A stretch of DNA of 64,000 nt from Pseudomonadota bacterium (GCA_039799905.1 JBDLRP010000036.1:64001-128000); one strand, 5' to 3'; shown: positions 30,455-40,475, counted from the first letter of the stretch. Notes: generated from the sequence alone by a model not told the origin. A program made the numbers and translations.

Positions 30455-30859
30455 TCAGACTGCTTCTGGAGTGGAAACGTCATCGATGCCCAGTCCGCTC
30501 ATGACGTCGGTCAGACGCACACCGAATTTTTCGTTGACGACAACCACTTCTCCCATCGCGACCAGCTTGTCGTTGACGTAAATTTCCATTGGTTCACCGG
30601 CCATCTTGTCGAGCTCGATAACTGAACCCTGTCCCAGCTGTAGGAGGTCGTTGACCAGCAATTTCGTGCGGCCGAGTTCAACAGTCACTTTAAGCGGCAC
30701 GTCGAGAACCATCTTCATTTTTGAAAGATCGATCCGGCTCATCGGGCTATCTTCATGAAATTTGGCGGGAGAGCCCTGTTCCGGAGCAGACGATTCACCA
30801 AGTGCCTTGCTATCGAGGCCAAAATCTTCCGGACTGAATCCCTGATTGTTGTCTTCCAT
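30455..30859 (-). CDS. fliN: Flagellar motor switch protein FliN
   Basis: LDVPLKVTVELGRT, GSVIELDK, GEVVVVNEKFGVR. Confidence 0.96.
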   Translation of the reverse strand: MEDNNQGFSPEDFGLDSKALGESSAPEQGSPAKFHEDSPMSRIDLSKMKMVLDVPLKVTVELGRTKLLVNDLLQLGQGSVIELDKMAGEPMEIYVNDKLVAMGEVVVVNEKFGVRLTDVMSGLGIDDVSTPEAV

Positions 30860-31842
30860 TAGATGTCTCCCACAGTTTCCGTGATTTTGACTGCTCTGTT
30901 GCCGCGGACGATGCCGGGAACGCCTCTGTATTTGTGGATGCCCTCGACAGTAATATCGAGTGGTTTGTTGGCCTCGTGATCGAGAATGATGATGTCTCCA
31001 ACCGAGAGTTCCATCATGTCACGAAGGTTGATCCATGCTGTTCCGAGTGTGCACGAAATATTGACGTGCGTGCCAAGAAGCTGATTTTTAATTCGGTTGA
31101 TCCAGATGTGGTCGACCTCGAGCTGTTCATTTTGGAAGCCGACGCTGAGCTTGGATTTGATTGGTTCGAGGGTTGAATACGGAATGACCAGTTTGATTGA
31201 GCCGCTCATCTTCTCGAGTTCAACGTCGAAGGTTGTCGAGATGACGACATCCGAAGGCGGAACGACCGCAACAAACTGTGGGTTTATTTCAGTACGTGAG
31301 TAATGAATCTTCAGAGGAAAGACCGGCGCCCAAGCCTTCTCGAGGTCGTCGATTGCCGCCATGACGATCCGGCGGGCAATTTTGATTTCGATTTGTGTGA
31401 AGTCTTTGCCTTCGATTTTTGTATAGGGAACTTCACCGCCGCCGAAAAGACTGTCCACCAGTCCGTAAAGCAACTTCGCTTCGATGACCATCACGGCTGA
31501 GCCGCGCAACGGGTCGACACGCAGAATGTTCAGACAGCTCGGCAGCGGAAGGCTGTTCATAAATTCACCGAATTTGATGGGCCCGCTGCTGTTGACGCCG
31601 ATGTTCGCGACTTTGCGCAGTGCTGCGGAGAGCGACACGCGGAAGAGTCGGATGAAACGGTCATGAATGATGTCAAGAGTCGGCATTCGTCCGCGGATGA
31701 TCCGGTCCTGATTCGTCAGGTCATAGCGGACAAAATTCGAATCGTGCGCCTTGTCGTCATGCTCCTGAGTGTCAATGCGTCCATCCGAGACCGCATTTAA
31801 TAGAGCGTCGACTTCACTTTGACTGAGTACTTGTTGTTCCAT
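30859..31842 (-). CDS. fliM: Flagellar motor switch protein FliM
   Basis: LSQSEVDALL CheY-binding peptide, DRIIRGRMPTL, FGG, EINPQF. Confidence 0.96.
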   Translation of the reverse strand: MEQQVLSQSEVDALLNAVSDGRIDTQEHDDKAHDSNFVRYDLTNQDRIIRGRMPTLDIIHDRFIRLFRVSLSAALRKVANIGVNSSGPIKFGEFMNSLPLPSCLNILRVDPLRGSAVMVIEAKLLYGLVDSLFGGGEVPYTKIEGKDFTQIEIKIARRIVMAAIDDLEKAWAPVFPLKIHYSRTEINPQFVAVVPPSDVVISTTFDVELEKMSGSIKLVIPYSTLEPIKSKLSVGFQNEQLEVDHIWINRIKNQLLGTHVNISCTLGTAWINLRDMMELSVGDIIILDHEANKPLDITVEGIHKYRGVPGIVRGNRAVKITETVGDI

Positions 31843-31845
31843 GTC

Positions 31846-32718
31846 TCACTCCACCAAAAAGTCTGTGAAGTAGATGGTCTTCACCGGACGCTCGAAAGAC
31901 TCATTGATTTTATTGATGAGCTCGCGTCGCAGTTTTTCTTTTCCGCGTTCTGTCAGGAGATCAAGTCTGGTGCGCGTGCTGACTGAGCTGATGATGATGT
32001 CGCGAAGCTGCGGCTCGCGTTTTTTCAATTCTTCCTGTTGATTTTTTCCGCCCGTGTATTCGATCGATACACCGATTCTCAGGTATCTGTTCTCAAGCGG
32101 ATTGCCGAGATTCAAGTCCATTTTCGGAAGCGCAAACGTCTCTCCGAAGGTTTGATCGGACTGGAACATTTTTAGGTCGGACTTTTCATCTTTTGGAGCA
32201 GTCGCTGCTTCGTCTTTTTTCGCAGCGCCGGCGGCGTCTTTCTTGGCGGAATCGGCTCCCGACTTGCCGTCATCTTTTTTGTCGGCCGCCTTTTTATCGC
32301 CGTCCTTGCTGTCCGCAGCTTTTGCGTCTTCCTTTTTCTCCTCGGCCTTCTTGTCTTTCACATCCTCTTTTTTATCCGTGGATGCTTCTTCCTTTTTGCC
32401 GTCCTTGCCATCTTCTTTTTTGTCGGATTTTCCATCACTCTTGCCGTCGGCATGATCTTTCTTGTCACCTTCGACCTTAACGTCTTTTCCATCTACAGGT
32501 GCCTTTGCAGCCATAGATGCGCCTTTTTGCATGAATGTCTTATAGACAAAGAACCCACCGCCGGCCGCAGCAGCGGCGACGACTCCGCCAATGCCAGCGA
32601 ACAGAACCAATTTGCGTTTCTTGCGCGCCTCAGCAATTTCGTCGGGCGGCCCCTTTTCCGCCTTCGCGGTATCCGCCTTTTTATCTTCTGCCGGCTTTTT
32701 TTCTTCTTTCTTGGACAT
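31846..32718 (-). CDS. fliL: Flagellar protein FliL with a long K/D/E-rich linker
   Basis: TM helix (AAAAGGGFFVY), C-terminal LRDIII...GKEKLRREL...IYFTDFLVE. Confidence 0.88.
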   Translation of the reverse strand: MSKKEEKKPAEDKKADTAKAEKGPPDEIAEARKKRKLVLFAGIGGVVAAAAAGGGFFVYKTFMQKGASMAAKAPVDGKDVKVEGDKKDHADGKSDGKSDKKEDGKDGKKEEASTDKKEDVKDKKAEEKKEDAKAADSKDGDKKAADKKDDGKSGADSAKKDAAGAAKKDEAATAPKDEKSDLKMFQSDQTFGETFALPKMDLNLGNPLENRYLRIGVSIEYTGGKNQQEELKKREPQLRDIIISSVSTRTRLDLLTERGKEKLRRELINKINESFERPVKTIYFTDFLVE

Positions 32719-32944
32719 AGCGACTCCCAAGACATTCAGTCGATGTACTTTCAGTTTCTCAGATCATGGCAGTTGTCTGTGGTGTAAAAGTGGCCGTATG
32801 TCGGGGGAGCCCTCGGCAAGAATTGCCAACCCCGCGTTGCCGCCACCTGAACGGCTGAAATTACCCCTCGGGGTGTCGGGTATTTGTTGCACCCCCGTCG
32901 CTGGGAACGTAGTGATGTGGGTAGGTATTCAGACTGGAAGTCGT

Positions 32945-35158
32945 ATGGAGCTCGCGGAATTCGCTAAAAATATTCTATTTTCTTCGTCTTTGAACGAAAA
33001 GTTGGTGGATGGGGGAACATTCACCGACCGGCAGCCGTTGCACATGGTTGATTTGCCATCCCTGCCGGCCCGCTGTGAAAAATTGTCGCTCTCGCGTTGG
33101 GGTGCGGAAGCGAGGGTTGCATTTCCGTCCCGCTGTGAACTTCTAAATCCTTCACAGGTAGGCGTTCTTCTTCACTTTTTTGCAAATCATGAGCTGCTTG
33201 CGCTCGAGTTGATGGCGCTGGCGCTGTTGAAGTTTCCCGATGCCCCGCCGCAGTTCCGGCTGGGCATTGCTCACACGATGCGCGACGAGCAAAAACACCT
33301 TCGGGCTTACATCGAGCGCATGCGTTCACTCGGAATCGAGTTCGGTGACATTCCCCTCAACGACTTTTTTTGGTCGCAGTGTGCCTCAATGAATACGCCG
33401 ATGGATTACGTCTGTCGGATGAGTCTGACCTTTGAACAGGCCAACCTCGACTTTGCAGCATACTTTCGTGATGTGCTCGCTGAGCTTGGTGATGCAGACA
33501 CCGCGCAATTGCTTGATATGGTTCTTCAGGACGAGATGAGCCATGTGCGGCACGGGTTGAATTGGTTTCGCCGTTGGAAGCCGGAAAATGCATCGGACTG
33601 GCATGCGTTTTGTGCTGCGCTGGGTGCTGAAATCAATCCATCGCGTGCGAAAGGAATGGTGTTCAGGGCTGATTATCGCCGTGAGGTTGGGCTCGCCGAT
33701 TCTTACATCAATGCGCTGCACGTTTTCAGCCAGTCCAAGGGCCGCCCGCCGCGTCTGGCGTTTTTCAATCCGGAAGCAGAGGAGGAGATCCGCAGCGGCG
33801 GTTCGGCTGCTCCGATGCTCAGCGCTGTCCTATCAGCCACCTGCGATGACCTTGCGCCGGTGATGTTGTTTCTTGCTGCGCAGACAGACCTGTTGCTGAT
33901 GCGGCGTGAGTTGCCAGTTGAATTTCTGGTAGGTCTGTGCAAAGCCGGTTTTCTTTTGCCTGAGTTTACCGTTGGCGAGATTTCCGAGAAGACTTTTATA
34001 GAGCTGAATCAGACAAGAAAACTCAGCGGCCTGATGCCTTGGGCAATCTCGCCAACTTCACTCAAGTTCGGTCAACGATTGAAATTGAGCGAACAGCACT
34101 CAATGGACAAAAAGGCTCTTCGTGATGTCCATTCAAAAATCACCTCAGCCGAGCTCCTCCGGGAATATCTGCTCGCCCATCCGGATGATCCGCGTCTTGT
34201 CACGGCTGATGAAACGGGCGTGTGTGTTTCAAGCCCGATTCAGTTTGATGAATTTGTTTCGCGTTTCCCTGCTGGAGGCCGACAGGGACGCTTCGTTGCA
34301 AAAAGGCCATGGAGTGCATCGGGGCGTCACCGCATCTTTGGTTCTGCTGCGCATGGTGCATGGCAGTCACAGCCTGAAGATGTTCGACGCTGGTTCGAAA
34401 AATCGTGGCGGACGGGTGAACTGCCGTTGTTGCAGTCTTACTTTTCGAGGGTCGTGGATGTTTCACTGCAGGCACGCCTCGATCGGGATGGTGAAACTTC
34501 GCGTACGCACATTTTGGGTTTTACGCGCGTGCTCAACAGTGGACGCGGACAATATGCGGGTTCGTGTGTGGGCCGCTATTTGACAGACACATCTCCTGAG
34601 CTGTTGCGCTTCTTTTATCAGCCCGCCGCGCATGGTCCGCATGCAGGGAAAGATGTTGAAGGTGTGATGAAACATCTGGCTGAATGGATTGGTGCACGGC
34701 TCGCCGAGCGCGGGTTCTGCGGGCCATTCGGTATCGACGCCTTTGTGTATCGGGATGAAGGCAGCCGACTGAAGCTTTTTCCGATGATTGAAATAAACCC
34801 TCGCTTTACGATGGGGCGCGTTGCTGTCGCGTTATCACGACGAATATTCCCCGGGCGGGTCGGAGTGTGGTTGCATGTGCCCAGGTCATGGTTGGAAAAG
34901 TTGAACGTCGCAAGTTTCCCTGAGCTGCGCGACAAGTGGCAGGCTTTGATGCCTCTTCAGACACACGAAAAGAGCGGTGGAATCGTGATTGCGGGCGGAC
35001 TGCTTGAAACTACTCCGGCGGAGCAGTGTGAGCAGGTGTGGACGTGCTTTGTCGTCGGTCAAAGTCTGAGTGCCGCGGCTGAAACGCTCGGAATCAAAGA
35101 TTTGCTGATGCTCAGCGACTCTGTCCCGACAATTGATAGGCCTGCGAAGCTGCCTTGA
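32945..35158 (+). CDS. Fusion of an N-terminal ferritin-like di-iron domain (DUF455-like) and a C-terminal ATP-grasp-like domain
   Basis: HFFANHELLALE, DEQKH, FEQANLD, DEMSHVRHG (di-iron ligands); then AKRPWSASGR, GPFGIDAF, EINPRFTMG (ATP-grasp). Start set at ATG 32945. Confidence 0.78.
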   Translation: MELAEFAKNILFSSSLNEKLVDGGTFTDRQPLHMVDLPSLPARCEKLSLSRWGAEARVAFPSRCELLNPSQVGVLLHFFANHELLALELMALALLKFPDAPPQFRLGIAHTMRDEQKHLRAYIERMRSLGIEFGDIPLNDFFWSQCASMNTPMDYVCRMSLTFEQANLDFAAYFRDVLAELGDADTAQLLDMVLQDEMSHVRHGLNWFRRWKPENASDWHAFCAALGAEINPSRAKGMVFRADYRREVGLADSYINALHVFSQSKGRPPRLAFFNPEAEEEIRSGGSAAPMLSAVLSATCDDLAPVMLFLAAQTDLLLMRRELPVEFLVGLCKAGFLLPEFTVGEISEKTFIELNQTRKLSGLMPWAISPTSLKFGQRLKLSEQHSMDKKALRDVHSKITSAELLREYLLAHPDDPRLVTADETGVCVSSPIQFDEFVSRFPAGGRQGRFVAKRPWSASGRHRIFGSAAHGAWQSQPEDVRRWFEKSWRTGELPLLQSYFSRVVDVSLQARLDRDGETSRTHILGFTRVLNSGRGQYAGSCVGRYLTDTSPELLRFFYQPAAHGPHAGKDVEGVMKHLAEWIGARLAERGFCGPFGIDAFVYRDEGSRLKLFPMIEINPRFTMGRVAVALSRRIFPGRVGVWLHVPRSWLEKLNVASFPELRDKWQALMPLQTHEKSGGIVIAGGLLETTPAEQCEQVWTCFVVGQSLSAAAETLGIKDLLMLSDSVPTIDRPAKLP

Positions 35159-35591
35159 GTGCCCACATTTCATTTTGCAGACGGGCCTGCTCGGATGCGG
35201 TTGTATTTGTGTCGTTTATCGACGACTTTTCGTTCGTGACTGCGGCTTCTTTCAGGCTGGGGTCTGCTTGTTCCATCCAGTTGAGAATCTGCTCTCTGAT
35301 GCCAAAATTGTTGGCTGACGTCATCGACTTCGAATATTCGGAATCGAGCATTCCTTGGTAGATATCTTCCGCGTTCGACATTTCTTCGGGCTGGGCAGTC
35401 TGGCGCATCGACTTGACCATCATGTCCACAAACATAGTTTCAAATTCCTGCGCGGCTTTTTCAGCATCCTGACGCTTGCGCAGCAGTTCATCGCTGACAA
35501 CATTGTTTGCGCGCTTTGCACCGGCCGCGCCGTCCTGTGGGAGAATTGCGTTGGTCATGCCGGAGGCAACAGAGTTTGTCTGAATGCTCAT
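35112..35591 (-). CDS. flgJ: FlgJ rod-binding protein (no muramidase domain)
   Basis: AAQEFETMFVDMMVKSMR...IYQGMLDSEY...FGI; follows flgI. Confidence 0.85.
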   Translation of the reverse strand: MSIQTNSVASGMTNAILPQDGAAGAKRANNVVSDELLRKRQDAEKAAQEFETMFVDMMVKSMRQTAQPEEMSNAEDIYQGMLDSEYSKSMTSANNFGIREQILNWMEQADPSLKEAAVTNEKSSINDTNTTASEQARLQNEMWALKAASQAYQLSGQSR

Positions 35592-35601
35592 GATGACATC
35601 C

Positions 35602-36705
35602 TTACATGAGTTTCAATTTTGCTTTCAGTGCGTTTGCCGCATCGAGTGCCTGCAGAATGGAGACGAGATCCCGCGGTCCGGCGCCCAATTCGTTGAGGGC
35701 ACGCACAAGGTCGCCCACAGTTGTCGTTCTAGGGATTTTGCTGACAAAGCGCGTCTCGTCCTGAACGGTAATTTCAAGACTACCGTGGCTGATTGCAACC
35801 GGCATGACAATCACCTGCGCACCACTGATGATTGTTCCCGTGCGTTCGTTAATGACAACGACCGCACGGCTGTCGGGCTCGACGCGAATCTGTTCAAGAA
35901 CAGCCATGAAGTCCACGGGTGTGAAACTCTCGGAACCACGCGCTTGATCAGGCAGTCTGACTCGAATCAAACCGCTGTTCTGAGGTGTCGCCAGAAATTC
36001 GTTGAAACGGCTGTTGATTGCGTGTGAGATGCGGTGTGCGGTGGTAAAGTCTGCATTTTTTAAAGAGAGTTCAACGTTGCCATTGCTGATGAAAGTTGAC
36101 TGGAATTCACGCTCGACCGTTGCCGACTGACTGATCGCGACTGTCTTTGGTGCCGAGCTTCGGTTGTTGCCGCCTCCGCCACCCTGTGAACCCGCCATGG
36201 CGGTTCCCATGCTCAATGGGCCTTGCGCCACGGCGTAGATTTGTCCGTCCGCCGCGGTGAGTGTGGTCATCAGCAGCGTGCCGCCTTCAAGACTCGAGCT
36301 GTCGCCGACGGCAGCAATCTGTATATCCAGTTTATCGCCAATACGCGCGAAAGCAGGAAGCTCCGCCGTGACAACCACGGCAGCGATATTTTTTGTCACG
36401 ACTTCATTGGCACCAACCTGTGTGCCCAGCCTGCTCAGCAAATTTGCCACAGATTTGTTTGTTGCCAAGCTGGCTTTACTGTCGCCTGTTCCCGGAAGTC
36501 CGACAACCAATCCGAGTCCGACTAGAGGGTTGCTGCGGACTCCCCGGAATTCAACGAGGTCTTTCAGCCTGACGCTCTGCAGTTCGGAATTTCTTTGTTC
36601 TTGAGCGGCTGCCGCGGGTGCATGTGCGAAAGCGACGTAAGTCGAGAACACCGAGAGAAGGGTGCGGAGCAAAAAAAGCTTTCTGCAAGGGATACCAAAA
36701 ATCAT
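35602..36705 (-). CDS. flgI: Flagellar P-ring protein FlgI
   Basis: GVRSNPLVGLGLVVGLPGTGD, SLEGGTLL, VVINERTGTI, DLVSILQAL. Confidence 0.95.
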   Translation of the reverse strand: MIFGIPCRKLFLLRTLLSVFSTYVAFAHAPAAAAQEQRNSELQSVRLKDLVEFRGVRSNPLVGLGLVVGLPGTGDSKASLATNKSVANLLSRLGTQVGANEVVTKNIAAVVVTAELPAFARIGDKLDIQIAAVGDSSSLEGGTLLMTTLTAADGQIYAVAQGPLSMGTAMAGSQGGGGGNNRSSAPKTVAISQSATVEREFQSTFISNGNVELSLKNADFTTAHRISHAINSRFNEFLATPQNSGLIRVRLPDQARGSESFTPVDFMAVLEQIRVEPDSRAVVVINERTGTIISGAQVIVMPVAISHGSLEITVQDETRFVSKIPRTTTVGDLVRALNELGAGPRDLVSILQALDAANALKAKLKLM

Positions 36706-37850
36706 TTGTCGCCTTCCTTGCCTTCAGCCGCTGGTGCCGACTGGGCGGGCTGTGGAGCAGGTGCATTGGCCGCGGGAGCATTTCCTCCGGCCGGTTGAGA
36801 GCCGCCGTTTGCAGCACTCAGCCGATTGCGCTCCTTGCGGATGCGTTCGCGTTCCATTTCATTTGCTTTAGCCTGATCGCGCAAAGACGACTGTGCCGTT
36901 TTTATTTCATCGCGCAGGGCGTCGAGCGTGGCATTTTCAGAGTTTAAATCAGGCGTGAATCCGGCGAGTCGGCGGGATACCATGTCATCCCATCCTGAGG
37001 CCGAGTATTCGCGCATCCTCCCACCCATATCCTCGTTTACGGCCACATCGGTCAGTTCACGGGCATCAAGCTCAAAACTGCTGAGGAGTCGACGCGGCAC
37101 TTTCGCCAAAACCATGATGGAGTTTTCCTCTCCGTTGGCTCCGGTGTATTTCCTGATACCCCGCAGGTAGACGTCACCAGACGGTTCAAAACCGACGATT
37201 TGCATTTTGAATGATTTGATCGGCCGTTGTGCGAGTCTCTGGGATGGACTTGCTTCGTCGGGGTCGGTCAGCTTGATTCCGTTGACGGGCTCTGCAGCCT
37301 TGTTTGAATCCTTGCCTGCCGTTGATTTGCTTTTGTCTTTGTTTTTCGGGTCCGTGTTGCCGTCAGCGGTTGCACTTCTGGGGTCGAATTGCAGCTCCTC
37401 TGGGATCTTGATCGTGATGGTCTGACCCTCTTTGCTGGGCGAAGCATCGGTGAGCAAGCTGCGTGGCTCTCTTGCATCTGCCCAGATCGATCCCGTGCTG
37501 GAACCCGACTCTGTATTCTTGATCGTCAGATCATTACGCCTGATGTACAATTGGTCGAGTTCACGCTCCGGACGTGCGGCATCGAATTTGCGCGGCTGAA
37601 TAGAGGCAACGGGACGTGGAGCTGTTTGGCAACTGAAGAGTAGCACAGTGAAGGTCAAGATGATGCCGATCAGAGTCAGCTGCAGGAGTCTGCGCGGATG
37701 CTGCTGATGATTGGACAGCTCTTCGAGTCTGTTGTGCGCGTTTTGCGAATAGCTGTTCAGGCGTACCGAGGCACTGTCGACCTTGAGGATATACCACTCG
37801 ACTGCCGATTCCCACTTGATGTGAAGACTGTCCTTCAGGTCAGCGAACAA
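36702..37850 (-). CDS. flgH: Divergent flagellar L-ring lipoprotein FlgH (start uncertain)
   Basis: Lipobox LFSC, STGSIW, 'LLTD...EGQTITIKI', 'SGDVYLRGIR'; position between flgA and flgI. Confidence 0.6.
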   Translation of the reverse strand: MFADLKDSLHIKWESAVEWYILKVDSASVRLNSYSQNAHNRLEELSNHQQHPRRLLQLTLIGIILTFTVLLFSCQTAPRPVASIQPRKFDAARPERELDQLYIRRNDLTIKNTESGSSTGSIWADAREPRSLLTDASPSKEGQTITIKIPEELQFDPRSATADGNTDPKNKDKSKSTAGKDSNKAAEPVNGIKLTDPDEASPSQRLAQRPIKSFKMQIVGFEPSGDVYLRGIRKYTGANGEENSIMVLAKVPRRLLSSFELDARELTDVAVNEDMGGRMREYSASGWDDMVSRRLAGFTPDLNSENATLDALRDEIKTAQSSLRDQAKANEMERERIRKERNRLSAANGGSQPAGGNAPAANAPAPQPAQSAPAAEGKEGDK

Positions 37851-38655
37851 TTTCCACCTCGCCTTCTGCAGTTACGCGCGCTTCGAGCTGGCGTCCCCGT
37901 TTAAAGGTGTTCGCCATGGTTTGTATCTCGACAGGAATTGTCTCGCCGAGTCCGCCAGATTTGAGTGCTTTCACCGACGTTTTGATGCTCAGAGAGGATG
38001 ATTTGGAAACAACTGATGCGCGCACGAACGAATTTGCCTTGACTTCGTGAACAAAGGGAATGCGCTCAGCTGCGAGCAGAAGGGGCTGTCTGCTCGAAAA
38101 CGACAAAGCAGACGCGTCCAGTCTTCGTGCGGTCCATTTCTGTACCTGGCTCAGGCAGTCATTTTGATCGGAATAGAGTTTTGTCTGCGGACAGTTTACG
38201 CCCTCCAGACAGCTCAGGCTGACGAAATTTTTCTTGCTCAGTTTGCCGTCCGCAGTCAGAGAATCAGTTTTTAGCATCGGATACCATGCAAGCTTGCGTG
38301 CTCCGACTTCAACCGTCCAAGTCTGGGTCTGCCCGTTTTGATGAGTGATGTGCAGGCGAAATTGTGAGCGGCTGAGATTCTTGATTGCGCCGAAACGGTC
38401 GTCCTCTTGCACTTTCAAAGTGAACTGGCTGAGGTCTCCCTTCACATCGCATTGCAGACAGCGCATGAAGATTCCGGACGATGGGCTGTTCGCAGATGCA
38501 GCACCGACCTCGAGAACTTCATCAGATGCCGGAAGCAGCTCCGAAAGAGCCCGCCGCAAAACATCTTTTTGTAATTCGGCAGCCGCTCCGCTCTGCGACA
38601 GTCCGACGTATTCAAGAGCGATGGGTTGGTTGGGAGGAAATTCAATCGCCAGCAT
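37840..38655 (-). CDS. flgA: Divergent P-ring chaperone FlgA
   Basis: C-terminal VKALKSGGLGETIPVE...ARVTAEGEVEI matches the FlgA C-terminus; located between flgG and flgH. Confidence 0.6.
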   Translation of the reverse strand: MLAIEFPPNQPIALEYVGLSQSGAAAELQKDVLRRALSELLPASDEVLEVGAASANSPSSGIFMRCLQCDVKGDLSQFTLKVQEDDRFGAIKNLSRSQFRLHITHQNGQTQTWTVEVGARKLAWYPMLKTDSLTADGKLSKKNFVSLSCLEGVNCPQTKLYSDQNDCLSQVQKWTARRLDASALSFSSRQPLLLAAERIPFVHEVKANSFVRASVVSKSSSLSIKTSVKALKSGGLGETIPVEIQTMANTFKRGRQLEARVTAEGEVEIVR

Positions 38656-38660
38656 GCTTA

Positions 38661-39446
38661 TTATCTCATCTGATTGGTGGTCGCCAGCATGTCATCGCCT
38701 GTCTTGATGACTTTACTGTTGAGCTCGTATGCGCGCTGACCGGTGATCATCGTGACCATTTCTTCAACAATGTTGACGTTGCTCGATTCCAATTCTCCCT
38801 GGCCGAGCTGGCCTGTGCCGTTCTCTCCCGGTGCTGAAACGATAGGCTCGCCCGACGCCGGACTTGGTGTGTAAAGGTTGCGGCCGATGGAATTGAGACC
38901 CGCGGGATTGATGAATGTGGCTATCTGAACCTGACCGATGTTGCGCGGCTCCTGTTCGCCCTGAATCGTTGCCGAAACGACCCCATCGAGGCCGATTTGC
39001 ACACGCAGGGTGTTGGCAGGAATCACAATCTCGGGCACCAGCGGAAGGCCTTCACCGTTGACCAGACGCCCCTCGGGAGAGCGCTTGAAAGCGCCGTCTC
39101 TGGTGTAAGACAGTGAGCCGTCGCTCATTTGAATGCGGAAGAATCCGCGCCCCTTGATCATCACGTCTGTGTCGTTTTTTGTGATTTTGACGCTGCCTTC
39201 TTCAAATGCCTTTTCAATCGATGAGACGCGCACTCCGTTACCAATCTGCACTCCAGACGGTGCGACGGTGCCGTTGGCTGAACTCAATCCGGGCGCGCGC
39301 AGATTTTGGTACAGAAGATCGTTGAAATGAACGCGGCCACGCTTGAAGCCGTTCGTGTTGACGTTGGCAATGTTGTTTGACAGTGTGTCGATCAGCTGTT
39401 GCTGTGCTTCCATACCGGTAGCGGCTGTTTGGAGGCTGCGAAGCAT
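38661..39446 (-). CDS. flgG: Flagellar distal rod protein FlgG
   Basis: AATGMEAQQ, SNNIANVNTNGFK, YTRDGAF, LESSNVNIVEEMV, QRAYELNSK. Confidence 0.96.
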   Translation of the reverse strand: MLRSLQTAATGMEAQQQLIDTLSNNIANVNTNGFKRGRVHFNDLLYQNLRAPGLSSANGTVAPSGVQIGNGVRVSSIEKAFEEGSVKITKNDTDVMIKGRGFFRIQMSDGSLSYTRDGAFKRSPEGRLVNGEGLPLVPEIVIPANTLRVQIGLDGVVSATIQGEQEPRNIGQVQIATFINPAGLNSIGRNLYTPSPASGEPIVSAPGENGTGQLGQGELESSNVNIVEEMVTMITGQRAYELNSKVIKTGDDMLATTNQMR

Positions 39447-39584
39447 AGGATTCCCCCCGATTGGTGGTCGAGACACTCTTTGCTCATCCTACGTTGGAAT
39501 CTTGAATTGGCGCCTGTTAAACCTTTCCGCTCTTCGCCAATCATCTGCGCGGAAAAAAATGACTGTTCCGGAGGTAGTTTTTCG

Positions 39585-40475
39585 ATGGCTGTTGAACGTA
39601 CCGAATATCTCAAGAGTTTTGATGGAACTGAGCTGTTCTTCCGTTGTTTTGCACCGGCGGGAATTGCCGAGTCCGAGTCAAAAATCGAAGGGCTCGTTCT
39701 TGCCGTGCATGGATTCGGAGAGCATAGCGGCCGGTATGCCGAGCTTGCTGAAGAAGCCTGCTCGAAGAACATGCTTTTTGCCTGCTTTGATCTACGTGGG
39801 CACGGCAAATCCGGACCACGACGCGGTGACGTTGAAAATCTGCATGCCCTCGTGCTTGACGTTCTATTCGTTGTGAACCACGCGCGATCGCTGCTTGGGC
39901 TGCACAACAAAAAGGAATTGTTTTTTGGATTGTTGGGACACAGTTTTGGCGGTCTTCTGGTGACTTATGCCGCATCTATTCTTCAGGATTCTTGTCCACC
40001 CGTGTTTTTGAGTTCTCCTTGTTACAGGGTTCTGCAAAATGTTCCCCAGTGGAAAAAGATGGCTGCTGTTACATTGCCGAAGATTGTTCCGCTTGCGCCC
40101 GTTCCGATCGACATCAAACCCGAGAATATTTCCGAGAATCCCGAAAACAATGCGGCCTACGTGGCCGATGAAATGAACCTCGTCTCTATATCTGCTCGTT
40201 TTGGTGCGATTTTTCTTGGCAGCATGCAGGAAGATATGGTCAATCGTGCCGCACAGAGTGTGCGTTCGCCGATTACGCTCGTCTTTGCCGGCGGCGACAA
40301 GCTCGTTGACCCTGCGCGCACAAAGGCCGTGGCACCGCTGTTCCCCAAAGGCCGTCTGCGTACTCTCGAGATTGAAGGCGCAGGACATGAAATTTTCAAT
40401 GAGCTGCCGAAATACCGCAAGCCTGCCGTCGCCGAATTCGTCCGGTGGATTGAACAGCGGGGAATGGTCGGGTGA
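39585..40475 (+). CDS. Alpha/beta hydrolase (lysophospholipase/monoacylglycerol lipase family)
   Basis: HGFGEHSGRY, DLRGHGKS, GHSFGG nucleophile elbow, D.LV, GHEIFNE. Confidence 0.9.
   Translation: MAVERTEYLKSFDGTELFFRCFAPAGIAESESKIEGLVLAVHGFGEHSGRYAELAEEACSKNMLFACFDLRGHGKSGPRRGDVENLHALVLDVLFVVNHARSLLGLHNKKELFFGLLGHSFGGLLVTYAASILQDSCPPVFLSSPCYRVLQNVPQWKKMAAVTLPKIVPLAPVPIDIKPENISENPENNAAYVADEMNLVSISARFGAIFLGSMQEDMVNRAAQSVRSPITLVFAGGDKLVDPARTKAVAPLFPKGRLRTLEIEGAGHEIFNELPKYRKPAVAEFVRWIEQRGMVG

Noticed and set aside
32815..32827. GGCAAGAATTGCC inverted repeat in the fliL/DUF455 divergent spacer
   Set aside because: Only 5-bp arms, wrong spacing for sigma-54, single occurrence.
32591..32944. 5' extension of the DUF455 fusion ORF
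   Set aside because: Overlaps fliL antisense and has no domain character; ATG 32945 is the more plausible start.
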